Source: Podarcis erhardii
Taxonomy: Eukaryota
Assembly: GCA_964252035.1 (NCBI GenBank)
Contig: OZ176207.1
DNA length: 64,000 bases
Reading direction: 5' to 3' (one strand)
The first letter of the stretch is position 1. Each line of letters opens with the position of its first letter. The position numbers were made by a program, and so were the translations under genes. The notes beneath the pieces were generated by a model that saw only the letters and a program-made list of their open reading frames with translations, made no database searches and was not told where the DNA came from. Shown here one piece after another: positions 49,007 through 62,180 of this stretch.

Positions 49007-49259
49007 GTAAGCTTTTTTTAATATAAAAAAACTTAAATTACTGCTTGGGGCAGTGAAAGAAAATGCTTAAGATTTGTTATTTATAAAATCCTCCTCACCA
49101 GTTCAGTAGCATCAAGAGTAGCTATATGCTCTCAGACTTCCCCCAAATGCCTGTGTGAATGAAGCTGTTTTCTAAAAACGGTGAGAGGGACAACTTGATC
49201 CCCATAGGGAGGGAGTTCTGCAAGTGCGAGGCTGCCCAAAAAGACTATCCCATGTCACC

Positions 49260-49550
49260 CCCCGCATAGCGAGCTATGCTCACTGGTGTGTCTACAAAAT
49301 GAGCTGCCTCCAGCAGATTGCAAGGCCTGGCTTGGCAGATAAGGAGAGAACTAGCAGGTAGTGAGGTCCTAAGTTGTTGGTGCTTTAGTATATAAAGATC
49401 TTGAGTTGGACCCAGCACCAAAAAATAGGTAGCCAGTGTAGTTCGTGCAGGATCGGTGTTGTGTGGTCCCATCTTGCTGTAGCGCTCTTGCCATGTGGCC
49501 ATGTTCTGCACCATCTGCAACTTCCAGATCATCTTCAAGGGTAGATGTCA
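49260..49550 (-). mobile_element. L2-clade LINE ORF2 C-terminal fragment (degraded)
   Basis: Minus-strand translation gives LKMIWKLQMVQN and, after a frameshift, HTTPILHELHWLPI. This is the KLQxVQN...HITPxLxxLHWLP signature of L2-type RT tails. Confidence 0.85.
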
Positions 49551-50299
49551 TTGTATTTTGTAGGTGGTGTACACGTCAACTGGAAACAGTCCTCTGGAGA
49601 GTGAATTCAAACCATGTTTCAGTTAGTACAATGAAACAAATACACACATCTATGTCTACAGATAGCATTATTACACAGAAACCTTGGGGCTTTCTCATGC
49701 TGTGTATCCTGAAACATAGGAACAAATGGGGATGCATGTCTCCATACAGCATACCACATAGTATCACTGTCCTCTACCATCTGTAAGCCAAAGCCTGCCA
49801 TGGTTGTATAACTTGGGTACCACACTATGCCTCTGATTCATATTGCCATAAAGACTGCAGAGTAAATAAAATGCTTTGATTTATGAAAAGCTACATGAAT
49901 GGGTTAGTCATCGTTTTATAATTAAGCTTGTTGTGTTTTGAGTCTTTCCCCATAAATGTAGTTCTCCAACTGTATAATATACTTCTAACTTTATTTCAGT
50001 TTTAAGGTAAAGTTCAACATACTGTTTTGTATCCACTGGGCTGCTAGTGGAACAGTAGGCCAACCACTAGACTAGAGGTGGGGACCAGAATTTTTGCCAA
50101 AGAGACAGAAAGAAGGGCTGTATTTTAGCAGTGTTAAGAGGGAAGCAATGCAGCTTGACTATTGACTGAACAGGATGAACAGAAATAGTTGTGCGAATAC
50201 AAAACCATTAAACAACCTGTTCTGGTTTTTGTGTATTCTGAACCTTTTTGAATGTGGCTGTTGATGTCAGTGTTTTCCCTTCCCATGTCTTGTTTCCAG

Positions 50300-50539
50300 T
50301 AACTTCATTCCGCAGCCAATTGGGAAATGCAAGCGTGTATTCCAAGCTTTGCTACCTTACGCTGTGGAGGAATTGTGCAATGTAGCGGAATCCCTCATTA
50401 TCCCAGTCAGAATGGGCATTGCACGTCCTACGGCACCTTTTACATTGGCAAGCACTAGTATAGATGCTATGCAAGGCAGCGAAGAACTGTTCTCAGTAGA
50501 ACCACTACCTCCCCGGCCGTCATCTGATCAATCCAGCAG
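50300..50539 (+). CDS. UBR5: UBR5 exon 34
   Basis: NFIPQPIGKCKRVFQALLPYAVEELCNVAES...PRPSSDQSS; AG/GT flanks. Confidence 0.97.
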
Positions 50540-51003
50540 GTAATGCTCCTTAATGTTTATCATTATAAATGCATTCTTGTAAATCATACATGTTTTGGCC
50601 ATCCATCCCCAGACATTCACTATGGTAGAGAGGCGCAAAGCAGGAGCAGCTGGCAGACAAACCAAGCTTTGGAGAAACAAGCTGAGACTCCTTTGTTCAT
50701 CTGTGAGATGGCTTGTGGTTTTGTTAAACAAGCCATGGGTAGAACAAGGTGTACAGCTAACATGGGAAGTGGACTGGGCTGGTAGCTCAAAATAACTTAA
50801 ATGAAGAAGCTATCAAAAACAAGAAAGGAAATCTATTATATTCAACTGACTATTTTCAACAAATGTTAATATACTTATGGAGGTTCTTTTGTCTGCTGTA
50901 TTAAAGTTGATACTTTTGTGCGAAGAGAAGAAAATCATGTGCGAAGGTGCTGTGTAAATATACATAATTATATTTTTTTAAAAGGCTTATTTCTTTCTTG
51001 TAG

Positions 51004-51127
51004 TTCCAGTCAGTCTCAGTCGTCCTATATTATTAGAAATCCACAGCAAAGGCGGATCAGTCAGTCTCAACCAGTTCGTGGCAGAGATGAAGAACAAGAT
51101 GACATTGTGTCAGCAGATGTTGAAGAG
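51004..51127 (+). CDS. UBR5: UBR5 exon 35
   Basis: SSQSQSSYIIRNPQQRRISQSQPVRGRDEEQDDIVSADVEE; AG/GT flanks. Confidence 0.96.
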
Positions 51128-51881
51128 GTTGTTGTCTTAATTGTTTTCAATGGGCAACTTTCTATTTATTTTAAAGTAGATATCAGTGCAAGTGTTAAAT
51201 GAATTTAGTACTAGAATGCAAAATAATAAGTTGGCTTGTAAAGTTTCAGCTGTACTGCAATTTGGGATGTAAATGAGTGTACAACTTTGGTGTTACACAC
51301 TACCAAAAATGAATCCATGCTAGCCTCTAGCAGCAGAAAGTCCTGTGGTACCTTAGGGAATGGCTTTGTCTATTGTCTGAGCTGGGAGTAGCCAATTTGA
51401 TGCCCTCTTTTCCCAACTTTTATGAGTATGAGCACCACTTTTTAGCCTCAAAGTTCTATTTAATTTAGAAAATACATAATAACAAAAAGCTATTATGAAC
51501 TCAGCAACACTTTTCAATGTGTTCACTTTATATTCATCGCATCAAAAAATGTATATGTTTGAAAAATAGTAGAGCATCACTTACTTTTGACATTCTACAG
51601 CAGATATGTCCCATCACCAATCTTGGAATAAGATTCAACTATCAGTATGCCATACTTCTGTAGGTGGAGTTAGGCGTGCGAGGTGCCATTTTGTTATTTG
51701 CCTATGGTAGCAAAATGTTACAGGGCTGGCCCAAAACTAGGAATGGAGCGCAAAATAAGTGTATTGAACAATATAGAAAATGTCTAAAACAGCCATAGCT
51801 TTGAGAGCTGTATTTACAAAACATCCTTGAAGATCGTAAGCATTTACACGGTGTAAAAGAAAAAAAATATTCTTGTTTCAG

Positions 51882-51993
51882 GTTGAGGTGGTAGAGGGGG
51901 TAGCTGGGGAAGAAGACCACCATGATGAGCAAGAAGAACATGGCGAGGAAAATGCTGAGGCAGAAGGGCAGCATGATGAGCATGATGAAGATG
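51882..51993 (+). CDS. UBR5: UBR5 exon 36 (acidic)
   Basis: VEVVEGVAGEEDHHDEQEEHGEENAEAEGQHDEHDED; AG/GT flanks. Confidence 0.97.
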
Positions 51994-52513
51994 GTATGAT
52001 ACGTGGACATGTTTATCAGTCATTTTAAGATATGCACAGGGTTGGATCCAGAATAAGTCCTCTGTACCTCAGTGAGTCCTATTTCCTCTCACTTTGGAGG
52101 TAGTGATGGCTGACATTCTACATTTATTTCAGTGGGACCTAAGTGTGGCTTAGTTTGGATGCAACCTGTAGGTTTTGCCATACACGAGGAACTGTAAGTT
52201 GTACCTTCTTTGGGTTGATTAGAAACGAAACAGAAAGCTACTGCAACCCCCTATTCCATTCTAACTTGTATTGCTATACGTGTTGGTAATTGTGCATTAG
52301 TAATATTGGTATCAAAAACAGCAAGCTTGTGAGATAAATGTATGGCTTTCTGCGGTTGAGTTAAGCAGTAGTTAATGTACTACTGGAGTGCCTTAATCTT
52401 CTCAACAGTTGAGCAGTGGGAGAGCTTAAAATGATAGATAGCTTTGTGAAGAATCTGAAATATTGTATCATGCAGACCACTGTGTTAACATAATTCTATA
52501 AATTTGTTATTAG

Positions 52514-52645
52514 GAAGTGATATGGAGTTGGATCTTCTAGCGGCAGCAGAAACTGAGAGTGATAGTGAGAGTAACCATAGCAACCAGGACAATGCCAGTG
52601 GGCGCAGAAGTGTTGTCACTGCAGCTACAGCAGGATCAGAAGCAG
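52514..52645 (+). CDS. UBR5: UBR5 exon 37
   Basis: SDMELDLLAAAETESDSESNHSNQDNASGRRSVVTAATAGSEA; AG/GT flanks. Confidence 0.97.
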
Positions 52646-53176
52646 GTAATATTCTTTTTATCAGCCTTCATTTTTATGTATTTTTTTTTTTTGGGGGGGA
52701 CAATATATTGCTGTACATTATTAAAAGTCTCCCCTAGTCTGAGAGAGGTTGATGGGCAAACTTTGAAGTCTACAAGTTGCTTATTTTTTAAGTTACCTTG
52801 ACTGTTTTGTAGGAGAAAATCAGGAATGGTTAATTATTATTGTTAACAGAACTCTTCACCATAAGCTCCTAGACTGGGTTACAGCAACAAAAACAATTTA
52901 AAACAAAATAAAATCAAGCAGCAACTGTCAGGTTAATAATGTTGCTATGCTTGCAGCCTGAGGGATGTATAAAGGTGGGGTTGCATCTGCAGCTCTGTCT
53001 TTTAAAAACACGTTGAAAAAAACGCAAGGTAGGAAAATATTTGTGTGCTTCTTAAAAAGTTTTTCTTACTTTGTAGGAGCTGAGTGCCACAGTATACTTT
53101 GGATTTCTGGCCTAATAAATAAAGCTCACCCTGCTCTCTTATCAGTGACCCTTATAGTATATCTTTCCCCCCTCAG

Positions 53177-53434
53177 GTGCCAGCAGTGTTCCAGCATTTT
53201 TTTCTGAGGATGACTCTCAGTCCAATGACACCAGTGATTCAGATAGCAGCAGCAGCCAGAGTGATGATATAGAGCAAGAGACCTTTATGCTAGACGAGCC
53301 TCTGGAGCGAACAACAAACAGCTCTCATGCCAATGGTGCTGCCCAGGCACCCCGCTCAATGCAGTGGGCTGTACGTAACACCCAGAATCAGAGGACTACT
53401 AGCACTGCTCCATCTAGTACCTCTGCTCCAGCAG
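53177..53434 (+). CDS. UBR5: UBR5 exon 38
   Basis: ASSVPAFFSEDDSQSND...QETFMLDEPLERTTNSSHANG...STSAPA; AG/GT flanks. Confidence 0.97.
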
Positions 53435-53723
53435 GTATTATAAAAATGATTTTATTTATTTTATTTTTTTACCCCACTGGGCCTTTCTTTTTTCTTATTT
53501 CCTACCCAGTGAACTGATTTTTGATTTTGATTTTTCTTGATCAGAAGGGGTACAATTAATTTATGTGCATCTTCTCATAAGCTGCTGTGAAGTGCTTTGT
53601 TATTTTATGAATCATTTATGGACTGGATAGGATCAAATATTGATCATCTGCTTTGTGCTAATACTGGAGCTCACTTCTGTTTAGCTGTTGACGTCCCCTG
53701 AATGTGTTTCTTTCTACTTTTAG

Positions 53724-53992
53724 CAAGTTCAGCAGGCTTGATTTATATTGATCCATCAAACCTGCGTCGAAGTGGCACCATCAGCACAAGTGCGGCAGCG
53801 GCGGCAGCGGCTCTTGAGGCTAGCAATGCTAGCAGCTATTTAACATCAGCAAGCAGTTTGGCGAGAGCATATAGCATTGTGATCCGACAAATATCTGATC
53901 TGATGGGCCTCATTCCCAAATACAATCACCTGGTGTACTCTCAGATCCCAGCTGCCGTGAAGCTGACGTACCAGGATGCAGTGAATTTGCAG
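53724..53992 (+). CDS. UBR5: UBR5 exon 39
   Basis: SSAGLIYIDPSNLRRSGTISTSAAAAAAALEAS...TYQDAVNLQ; AG/GT flanks. Confidence 0.97.
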
Positions 53993-54351
53993 GTAAAGTG
54001 CAACAAAGTTATGCCAATTTCCGTGTTTAAATTTTGTCTTTAATGCAAAATCTGGCTTCCGCCTTTAAATTCCTTGGTATAGTCACAGTAAATAACTACT
54101 GTTTCATGCTTATTATCATTCTTCTGCCCCCTATATTGGCCACCAGGAAGGGAAATTTCTCTCCTCCCCCAGACCCTAAAACTGGTGGATGGGGAACTAA
54201 GTAAAGGTAACAGTTGAATCTGAAATTTAGGGGAATCAAAGAACAAAGTGGATACATTGTGTAATTGGTTCAATGGGGTATGGTTCAGAACTTGTCTGAA
54301 TTTTTTATGTTTGTGCGTATGTATACAAAATGTTGATCACATTTGATTTAG

Positions 54352-54563
54352 AACTACGTTGAGGAAAAACTGATACCCACGTGGAATTGGATGGTGAGCA
54401 TCATGGACTCCACCGAAGCTCAGCTGCGCTATGGTTCCGCCCTTGCCTCTGCTGGAGACCCAGGGCACCCAAACCACCCACTTCATGCATCACAGAACTC
54501 AACCAGGAGGGAGAGGATGACGGCACGAGAAGAAGCTAGCTTAAGAACTTTGGAGGGCAGAAG
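54352..54563 (+). CDS. UBR5: UBR5 exon 40
   Basis: NYVEEKLIPTWNWMVSIMDSTEAQLRYG...SLRTLEGR; AG/GT flanks. Confidence 0.97.
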
Positions 54564-54758
54564 GTATGCAAATGTACCTTAATAGTTGTATGTTAGGTCC
54601 CCCCCCCCCCAAGTAACCACAAGCCAAAAATTTAGTGCAGTTGTCCACACTGATATGTAGCCCTTGGAGGGTTGGCTGACCAAAAGATTAGCCACCCCGG
54701 TCTAAAATGCAATACTTCCGTGTCCCAAAACAATTTGTTTTGTTTTTTATCATTACAG

Positions 54759-54989
54759 GCGTGCTACACTGCTTAGTGCTCGTCAGGGGATGATGTCGGC
54801 AAGGGGGGACTTCCTAAATTATGCCCTCTCCTTGATGCGTTCTCACAACGATGAGCATTCTGATGTTCTTCCAGTTTTGGATGTCTGCTCATTGAAACAT
54901 GTAGCGTATGTTTTTCAAGCTCTCATTTATTGGATTAAAGCAATGAACCAGCAGACTACCTTGGATACACCTCAGCTGGAACGGAAGAG
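54759..54989 (+). CDS. UBR5: UBR5 exon 41
   Basis: [26 protein letters not shown]...DTPQLERK; AG/GT flanks. Confidence 0.97.
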
Positions 54990-55799
54990 GTACGGAAGCC
55001 AGTTACTCAATGGAAATATAGCTAGATGGTGCACGGGCGTTGGTGTCCCCTTTGATTCATAACACTAATGCATGTGTCTTGTGGTATGTAGCATATGCAG
55101 TAGATTAGTATATATGTATAGCTGAAGATGATGCAGTTCTGGTAATCAAGTATTGTGTTACCTGGAATTTAGCTATTGCTGAAACATTGGTCTGGTTATG
55201 AGAATTCACTAGAAATATGAACATTTTCAGTTTGGGCATCTGCAAAATGAAGGAGGGAACGTTATGGACCCCCAGTACCAAACCAGAAAGGTGGTCTAGA
55301 ATGATACATTGGTCAGAGCAATAGTATTGATGGTCACATGCCTCCATTCCTCTCCCAGGATATATTCATAGCTCTTTGACGAAACCAAAGTTCAGGCACT
55401 CAAGCTCTTTCAACAGGAAACAACAATTTAGCAATGTACCGAGAAACATAATAATTTCATAGAAGCCAATTTACAAGGACCAACATACCAATCCTATTAT
55501 TTCTCTTTTGTCTTTCAAAGTATTTTTTGAAAGGCAAGTGAAGCATTCATCATAATCATAAACACACTATTCTCCCAATTATCCTTTTCTTAGGAAATGA
55601 ATGTTGTTGCTTTGGGTGCTTCAATTTGTTTTTAAAATAGTGGAAGGATTTAAATATATTCAGCTTTTTGGATTTAAACTACCCTTTTCAATTTGTTGAA
55701 AGGTGTTACACACAATGATACAAATAAATATGTTTGGCGCTAAGTCTTCACTTGCATTTATAGTTAGAACATTACATTACATTATAAAAATATGAGTAC

Positions 55800-56330
55800 A
55801 CTATACATGTAAGTCTTAATTTTCCAAATACTCATTATACAAAATTTCATTTATCCAGGCAATAAGAATTTGTACCCTAACCTCATTACATGAACATCTG
55901 AATCAGATACCCGAGCAGCGGAACCTCTGTGTATACAAATATCTGAGAATTGCCTCTTTTAAACCTGCCAATTTACTGAGCTCAGGCTCTTTATTGGATT
56001 TCTTTCCTTAGTCACAGCTTTGTGGGGTGGTGTGGGGTGGTATGGCGCCTCTGGCTGCAGTTCTGGTCAGCAGCTGGATGTGGACGACCCTTCTCAAATG
56101 AAGCTGTGACTGAGGAAATAGGAGCACAATTTCACCCTGATCTTGGTGAAAATGGCAGCTTTACAGGAAGTAATTCAGGATGGAGGGGCAAGCAGTAGGC
56201 CAGCAAGCCGTGGGAACGCGTTGGGATTTCCCCCATAGGAATCAATGGAAATCATAAGCTTTTTATGCAAACACTCACTTAATGAACGATTTCTAAGGAA
56301 AGCGGGACCTGCATGTGTATGGTATAGCTG
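55800..56330. mobile_element. Degraded Tigger/Tc-mariner-like element
   Basis: ttcccccataggaatcaatgg, cacttaatgaacgatt and terminal ggtatagctgta resemble Tigger-type subterminal motifs. Internal inverted agtcacagctt/aagctgtgact. Boundaries uncertain. Confidence 0.4.
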
Positions 56331-56441
56331 TAGGACTGTATAGCTGATACAATATTTTTAATAATTTTTCTTGTGTAGCACTAGTGTAAATTTTAGTACT
56401 ACGTGCCATCTAAAATAACCTGTCATCACTTTTTTTTTAAG

Positions 56442-56515
56442 GACCCGGGAACTTTTGGAACTTGGTCTTGACAATGAAGATTCAGAGCATGAAAATGATG
56501 ATGACACAAATCAAA
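56442..56515 (+). CDS. UBR5: UBR5 exon 42
   Basis: TRELLELGLDNEDSEHENDDDTNQ; donor AA|gttagt. Confidence 0.96.
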
Positions 56516-57700
56516 GTTAGTACTTGTACCGTTTAGGGTTGTGGGGAGCTGGATAGAGACTTGATCATGTCTCTGGATCTTGGGTTTAAATGATTCACGG
56601 ACATTGATAATTGTTCAAGCACAATAAAATTGATAAAAATGAAGTCCTAGCTGGTTTTTTTCAGGGGTCAGCTGTAGGACCTATTTCAGTGCCAGGGTTC
56701 AGTGCCTTTGAAAATGTTCATAGTGTCTCTTCTGCCACTGAATAACTTACCTAGTCAGCTTCTGGGGTTTATGGTAGTGATGGGTTCACCTGCACCAATT
56801 CATCTTGTATCCCTAGTGTGGTTTTTAAAAGAATCTTCCAAAAAGTCCTAACGTTAGGACACCTGGATGAGCTCCCCACTGTCCCTCTCTGCTTGTTCCT
56901 ATGCTCTCCTTTCCCAGATTTAACTTTGTGAAGGTAGGAAATAAGGGCTTGTGGCAGTAGCAATACCATTTTAAGATGTAGGCATTCACATGGACTGCAC
57001 TTCCTTTGCAGACGCTGGAAAATGGAATTTCTAGTGGGCTGAGTTTAGAAGGCTTTAGAAACTCAATTTTTCAGTCTAGCCAGCACAGGTTTATGTGGGT
57101 ACTAGGAACCTGTATTGCCACCCTTCTCTACTTTTTGCTTCTCCCCTGAAAGTAGGGTGGAAAATTCCAGTAGCTTAGTTGCAAAAAAGTGATTGTGTTG
57201 TTGGATGTGGGAGAAAGAGAGAGAGAGAGAGAGACTGAAAAAAGAAGACAAATTGTCTGCAGAACTGCAGTCTGAATAGAAATCCCATGAGTAATCTGAC
57301 AAGTTCAGCTTTGAAGTATTTGAAAAGAATAAAGGAACTGGCTGCAATCACCGTTGCGATGCCGAAGTTTTCTTCGGGAGGAATGGAAGTGAAAGAGGGG
57401 AAAGCAACAAGATTGGAGGAAGATAGAAAGATAAATGACAAGGAAGAGAAGTAAATGGTAGAAAAGAGGGGAGATTAAAAAACAGACAGGGAGTCATAGT
57501 AATATTTTAAAAGGGAAGAGTAGTTGAATGCTGTTCCTTGTTTTTATATAGCATTTTAAACTTGCAAAAGTATTATGGGTGTTATTTTGTTGGAAGCTGC
57601 CCAGAGTGGCTGGGTCAATTCAGTCAGATGGGGAGCATATAAATGATAAATCACAATTAGTATTTTTAATAATTTCAAAAAAATATAAGCTAATAATCAA

Positions 57701-57735
57701 GAAGCAGACAAAAGTGGAAGCAGACAAAAGTGGAA
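57701..57735. repeat. 16-bp tandem duplication
   Basis: gaagcagacaaaagtg twice. A similar 15-bp duplication tttaagtacagtgat occurs at 37123..37152. Confidence 0.9.
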
Positions 57736-57855
57736 CTTCTGATATTTTGTCCTAGAAAACTGGATAAGTGTTATCGGCATAAAGTAACAGAGCAAATCTG
57801 TATCAAATAATCACTGTTATATTGTAATGATTTGTTTTAACTGGACACTTTTCAG

Positions 57856-58028
57856 GTGCTACACTTAATGACAAAGATGATGACTCCCTTCCAGCTGAAA
57901 CAGGCCAAAATCATCCATTCTTCCGACGATCAGAATCCATGACATTCCTTGGCTGTATTCCGCCCAACCCTTTTGAAGTTCCTCTAGCAGAGGCCATTCC
58001 ACTAGCAGACCAGCCACATCTGTTACAG
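57856..58028 (+). CDS. UBR5: UBR5 exon 43
   Basis: ATLNDKDDDSLPAETGQNHPFFRRSESMTFLG...ADQPHLLQ; AG/GT flanks. Confidence 0.97.
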
Positions 58029-58622
58029 GTAATATTAACTGAGAAAGCTTAAATTGCTTGATTCCTAAGCTGCACACACAATTTAATACTCCAGACACAT
58101 TAGCCATTGTTAAACAATTGTGAGCAGATTGTAAATCAGCCACAACTTCTGCTAATACATGCAGTAGGAAGTTCAGTCCCTTATTGTCCAATATGTCAAT
58201 ATTGTTTTTGTTAAGATACAGTACACTATTCCAATTTCCGTCTTTCCAAACAACAGCTTTTTTTGCTTTGCTTAGTTCCCCCGCACCCATTACAAAGCAA
58301 GCTAACTACCCAAGTGCCTTAATCAGTCTTGTTCTAATGTTAGCGAAGCAAAATATTCCTTAAGATTAAACCCTGTAATAGTCATTTGGAGTGCCGTTCC
58401 TGTGCCTGGGTAGCTAATTTGCTCAGATGCAGGACAGGAATTGATATAGCCAGTAGTTTTTTGGCATGTTACTCTTCCTCAAAGCATGGTGGCATGTGAG
58501 GAAGAAAAGAAATTCTCACTGTAGAGAAGAGATGCATGGATAAGCTGCTTACGTTGTGATCAGGAAAGTTGCATCTGCATCAGTGTTGGCTCACATGTAA
58601 ATTACCTCTGGGTTTTTTTCAG

Positions 58623-58736
58623 CCAAATGCTAGAAAAGAAGATTTGTTTGGTCGGCCAAGTCAGGGTCTATATTCATCCTCTGCCAATAGTGGAAAGTGT
58701 TTAATGGAAGTGACTGTGGATAGAAACTGTCTTGAG
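58623..58736 (+). CDS. UBR5: UBR5 exon 44
   Basis: PNARKEDLFGRPSQGLYSSSANSGKCLMEVTVDRNCLE; AG/GT flanks. Confidence 0.97.
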
Positions 58737-59811
58737 GTATGAATTTATTGTGATACATGTTACAAATTCATAACATTGCTTCTTTCCCTCTCCGCTCGTC
58801 CACTTTCTCTTTTCACTCTTATTTTGCTAAAAAAATGAGAGCAAGTCTATATATCCATATTTCTTTATCCACTACTCTCAATTCCCTTCCAGGCCTGCTA
58901 AGGACTTTACCTTGTCTTAAAGAGCCACAAGATTACCATAGTATTCATTTCAGACTCTGGAAATGCAATTGCAGTGGCTGGAAGGCAGGCCTTACCCAAA
59001 TGCAATTGCTGCCTGCTCCTCTAGTGAGCAGTCAGATAGATATTAACTCTTTCTCCAAGTGGGAATGCATAGAAGTTGTTTTTTAAAAAAGCTTGTTAGA
59101 TTTTTTTTTTTATGGATGCATATTTCCAAATGTTCATGGCTATTGGTGTGTATGCAAAGTTAAATTTGGAAGAGAAAAGGCCTGCTCCCATAGAATATTA
59201 GATCTGAAAATTCCACATTGCTATTTTAAAGAGCTTCTCATCTCAGTCTATAATACTATGTATAATATATTATCAGCTTGGACATTTTTAGGGCTTGCTT
59301 TGTTTCAGTGGAGAGATCCATGAATAAAAATGAACATTGATCCCACTGATTTCTATAGGACCAGTCAAGTTAATCCAGACTCTGACTCAGCTAGTATTAG
59401 ACGTTAGGTTCTTGCACTATAGTGACCTTGTTTGCATGTCATGATGACAAGAGTTAATAGTTCACTATGGATGCGTTAAGCTGGGCTGTAGCATTATGTC
59501 TGAACCAGTGACTGGGGTTTGTTTTGCTCCAAACAAGCCATGATCTGTAGGCAAAGTTTGGTCTTGATTTACAGATTGCATTTGGTTGAGTGAAACAAAC
59601 CAGAGTCCCTGGTTGGGACATAATGCCAGGTTTGTTTCTCCTGCTTGTTGTTGGGGCAGAGCGAAGAAGCCAAGATCAGCTCTTTCATGATAAAGTTGAC
59701 GATGGTTAATGATGATATGTAGACTGTACCAAAATAGTATTGCAGACGAGTCTAGAGCATGAAAATACCCTGCAGTGTTTTACAAACCTGTTTCAATACC
59801 CTTTCGTTTAG

Positions 59812-60029
59812 GTTCTTCCAACCAAAATGTCTTACGCAGCAAATTTAAAAAATGTAATGAGCATGCAGAATCGGCAGAAGAAGGAAGAAGAACAAAATGT
59901 GCCATCTGAAGAATCGGAGAATTCTAAGCCAGGCCCTTCAGCTCATGATCTTGCAGCACAGCTGAAAAGCAGTTTACTGGCAGAGATTGGACTGACCGAA
60001 AGTGAAGGTCCACCTCTGACATCCTTCAG
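59812..60029 (+). CDS. UBR5: UBR5 exon 45
   Basis: VLPTKMSYAANLKNVMSMQNRQKKEEEQ...EGPPLTSF; AG/GT flanks. Confidence 0.97.
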
Positions 60030-60470
60030 GTACCATTACTTACGAAACAACACCTTTACTTTTACTCCTTTGTGCTCAGTACTGCATAGCCAGGAGTGTT
60101 AGTTGCCACAAATGACTGCTTGGGATAGGCAACAGCAGCAGGAAAGAGAGAGAGGAAATGGCTGTGTTGTGAACGCAGGGTTTCCATCTTAGTTCTTATT
60201 CAATTTTTGCAATTACCATTGCTGTTTGGTATTTGCATTGTTTTCGTGAGTGCCACTTTTCTTTGTACGTTACCTTGCTATTTAATTCATGTGCTTGTGA
60301 TCAAGATAATCCTTGATGGAAACTGCAGAGAGATTGTCACTTGACTCTTCCTGCTAGAAACTTTGAGTTGTTTGGCAGCAACTGAACACAACATAATCCT
60401 AATTTTAACTTGCTTAGTATATAAAAGTAATCTCTGTTCTCCTGGTTCTTTTTAAATTTTTGTCTGCCAG

Positions 60471-60591
60471 GCCACAGTGCAGTTTTATGGGGATGGTTAT
60501 TTCTCATGATATGCTGCTTGGACGTTGGCGGCTTTCCCTAGAGTTATTTGGAAGAGTGTTCATGGAAGATGTAGGAGCGGAACCAGGATCG
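60471..60591 (+). CDS. UBR5: UBR5 exon 46
   Basis: [40 protein letters not shown]; AG/GT flanks. Confidence 0.97.
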
Positions 60592-60670
60592 GTAAGTATC
60601 TTCTTGAATGAAGACAGCTAGATTGTTTTGTAGGCCTTTCCTTTTACTAATACATTGTTTCTCTTTGTAG

Positions 60671-60769
60671 ATTTTGACTGAATTAGGCGGGTTTGAAGTA
60701 AAAGAATCTAAATTCCGCCGAGAAATGGAAAAACTGAGAAACCAACAATCTAGAGATTTAACACTAGAG
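60671..60769 (+). CDS. UBR5: UBR5 exon 47
   Basis: ILTELGGFEVKESKFRREMEKLRNQQSRDLTLE; AG/GT flanks. Confidence 0.97.
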
Positions 60770-61000
60770 GTAAGAAGTTTTAGCGTTATCTTTTTGAGTT
60801 TAGCAAGATTTAAAAGATGTGGTTCTCCTGTTGCTCTTGCAGTTACTTACCTCAGTAAATTAGGATGTAAAATGGTGGCCCAGCCATCGCTGTGTATGCT
60901 GCAGCTGAAGGATGTTTTTGGGTGCTAGTGTGGCTGTAGATCGTATTTTCATTCTTTAGCTTGTCTGTTCTTTACCGTGTTCTCCTAATGTGTTTTCTAG

Positions 61001-61244
61001 GTTGATCGGGATAGAGATCTTCTAATTCAGCAGACGATGAGGCAGCTCAACAATCATTTTGGTCGCCGATGTGCTACAACTCCAATGGCTGTCCACAGGG
61101 TAAAGGTCACGTTTAAGGATGAGCCAGGAGAAGGCAGTGGTGTAGCAAGAAGCTTTTACACTGCCATTGCACAAGCTTTTTTGTCAAACGAGAAGCTGCC
61201 AAATCTGGACTGTATTCAGAATGCCAACAAAGGGACACATACAA
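61001..61244 (+). CDS. UBR5: UBR5 exon 48 (N-terminal part of the split HECT N-lobe)
   Basis: [15 protein letters not shown]...[20 protein letters not shown]...NKGTHT. VTFxxExGxGxGVxRxF is a HECT N-lobe motif. Confidence 0.97.
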
Positions 61245-62065
61245 GTAAGTATATTGTAATAAATGTGTTATGTATAACATTAAAGACTTGGAACAGTGAA
61301 GCAGGATGAGGGGCAAGAAATTATGCAGGGTTCTGCATTATCCTCAGGCTTTCAAATCATTACGAGGGGCACATCTGCTTATTTAACAGTAAATCTGAGG
61401 ATCCTGAATTTTGCACTCATCACAAGTCTGTGCACTTAAGGTGGTCACAATACACACAGTTCTGATGGGGGAAAATCTGTATTCTCCATCAATCCTTCAT
61501 TTAAACATAGTGTAGAACATTTTAGCATGAAATAAAGATGCCTGCAGATCACTAAGAGAACATTGGGTGGGTGGGTGGGTGGGTGGGTGGGAACAGGAAG
61601 AATTGTCAGACTGCCAGAATTCTTGCTTGGTTCCATATTATTTCCATAGAATACAAGATAACAGATTCCTGCCTTGAGTCTATATGCTAAACTTCATCAA
61701 AGGGGAGTCAACTGAAGAAAGGAAAAGTAACAGGCAGGACTAAACAGGGGAAAGCAAATGGATTTTATTTTAGTTACATGTATTTGGCTTGTTTTTTTTA
61801 AGGCTTCAGCCAGTGAAGGGTTACATTTTAACTTTGTTTCCTTCAAATATTTTAAGGTAAACTTCCAATATTGTGTGGTGGTAGAAAAGAACTTGATGAA
61901 CAAGCCTGATTTATATATGTCTTTAAATCTTAATTTGGAATTGTAATTCCAGGCTAAATTTTGTGTTCTTCTCCCTCAGCCTTGGTTTCCACAGTTTCAT
62001 GATCTTTCATAGTATTTGTAAGTGAGCATTGTTTACAAACCATAAGTATGTCTTGCCCCTTTAAG

Positions 62066-62180
62066 GTCTCATGCAGAGATTACGAAACAGAGGGGAAAGG
62101 GATCGGGAAAGGGAGCGCGAAAGAGAAATGAGGAGGAACAGCAGCGGCTTGCGAACTGGCTCTCGGAGGGACAGGGATAG
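62066..62180 (+). CDS. UBR5: UBR5 exon 49 (Arg/Glu-rich)
   Basis: LMQRLRNRGERDREREREREMRRNSSGLRTGSRRDRD; AG/GT flanks. Confidence 0.97.

Noticed and set aside
57100-57530. Purine-rich intronic block (also about 26480..26640)
   Set aside because: Low-complexity GA-rich sequence with no splice signals, TSD or interpretable ORF.
57865-58290. 141-aa antisense ORF over exon 43
   Set aside because: It shadows the sense exon and runs into AT-rich intron with a non-ATG start and no homology signal. The same applies to 62552..62950.
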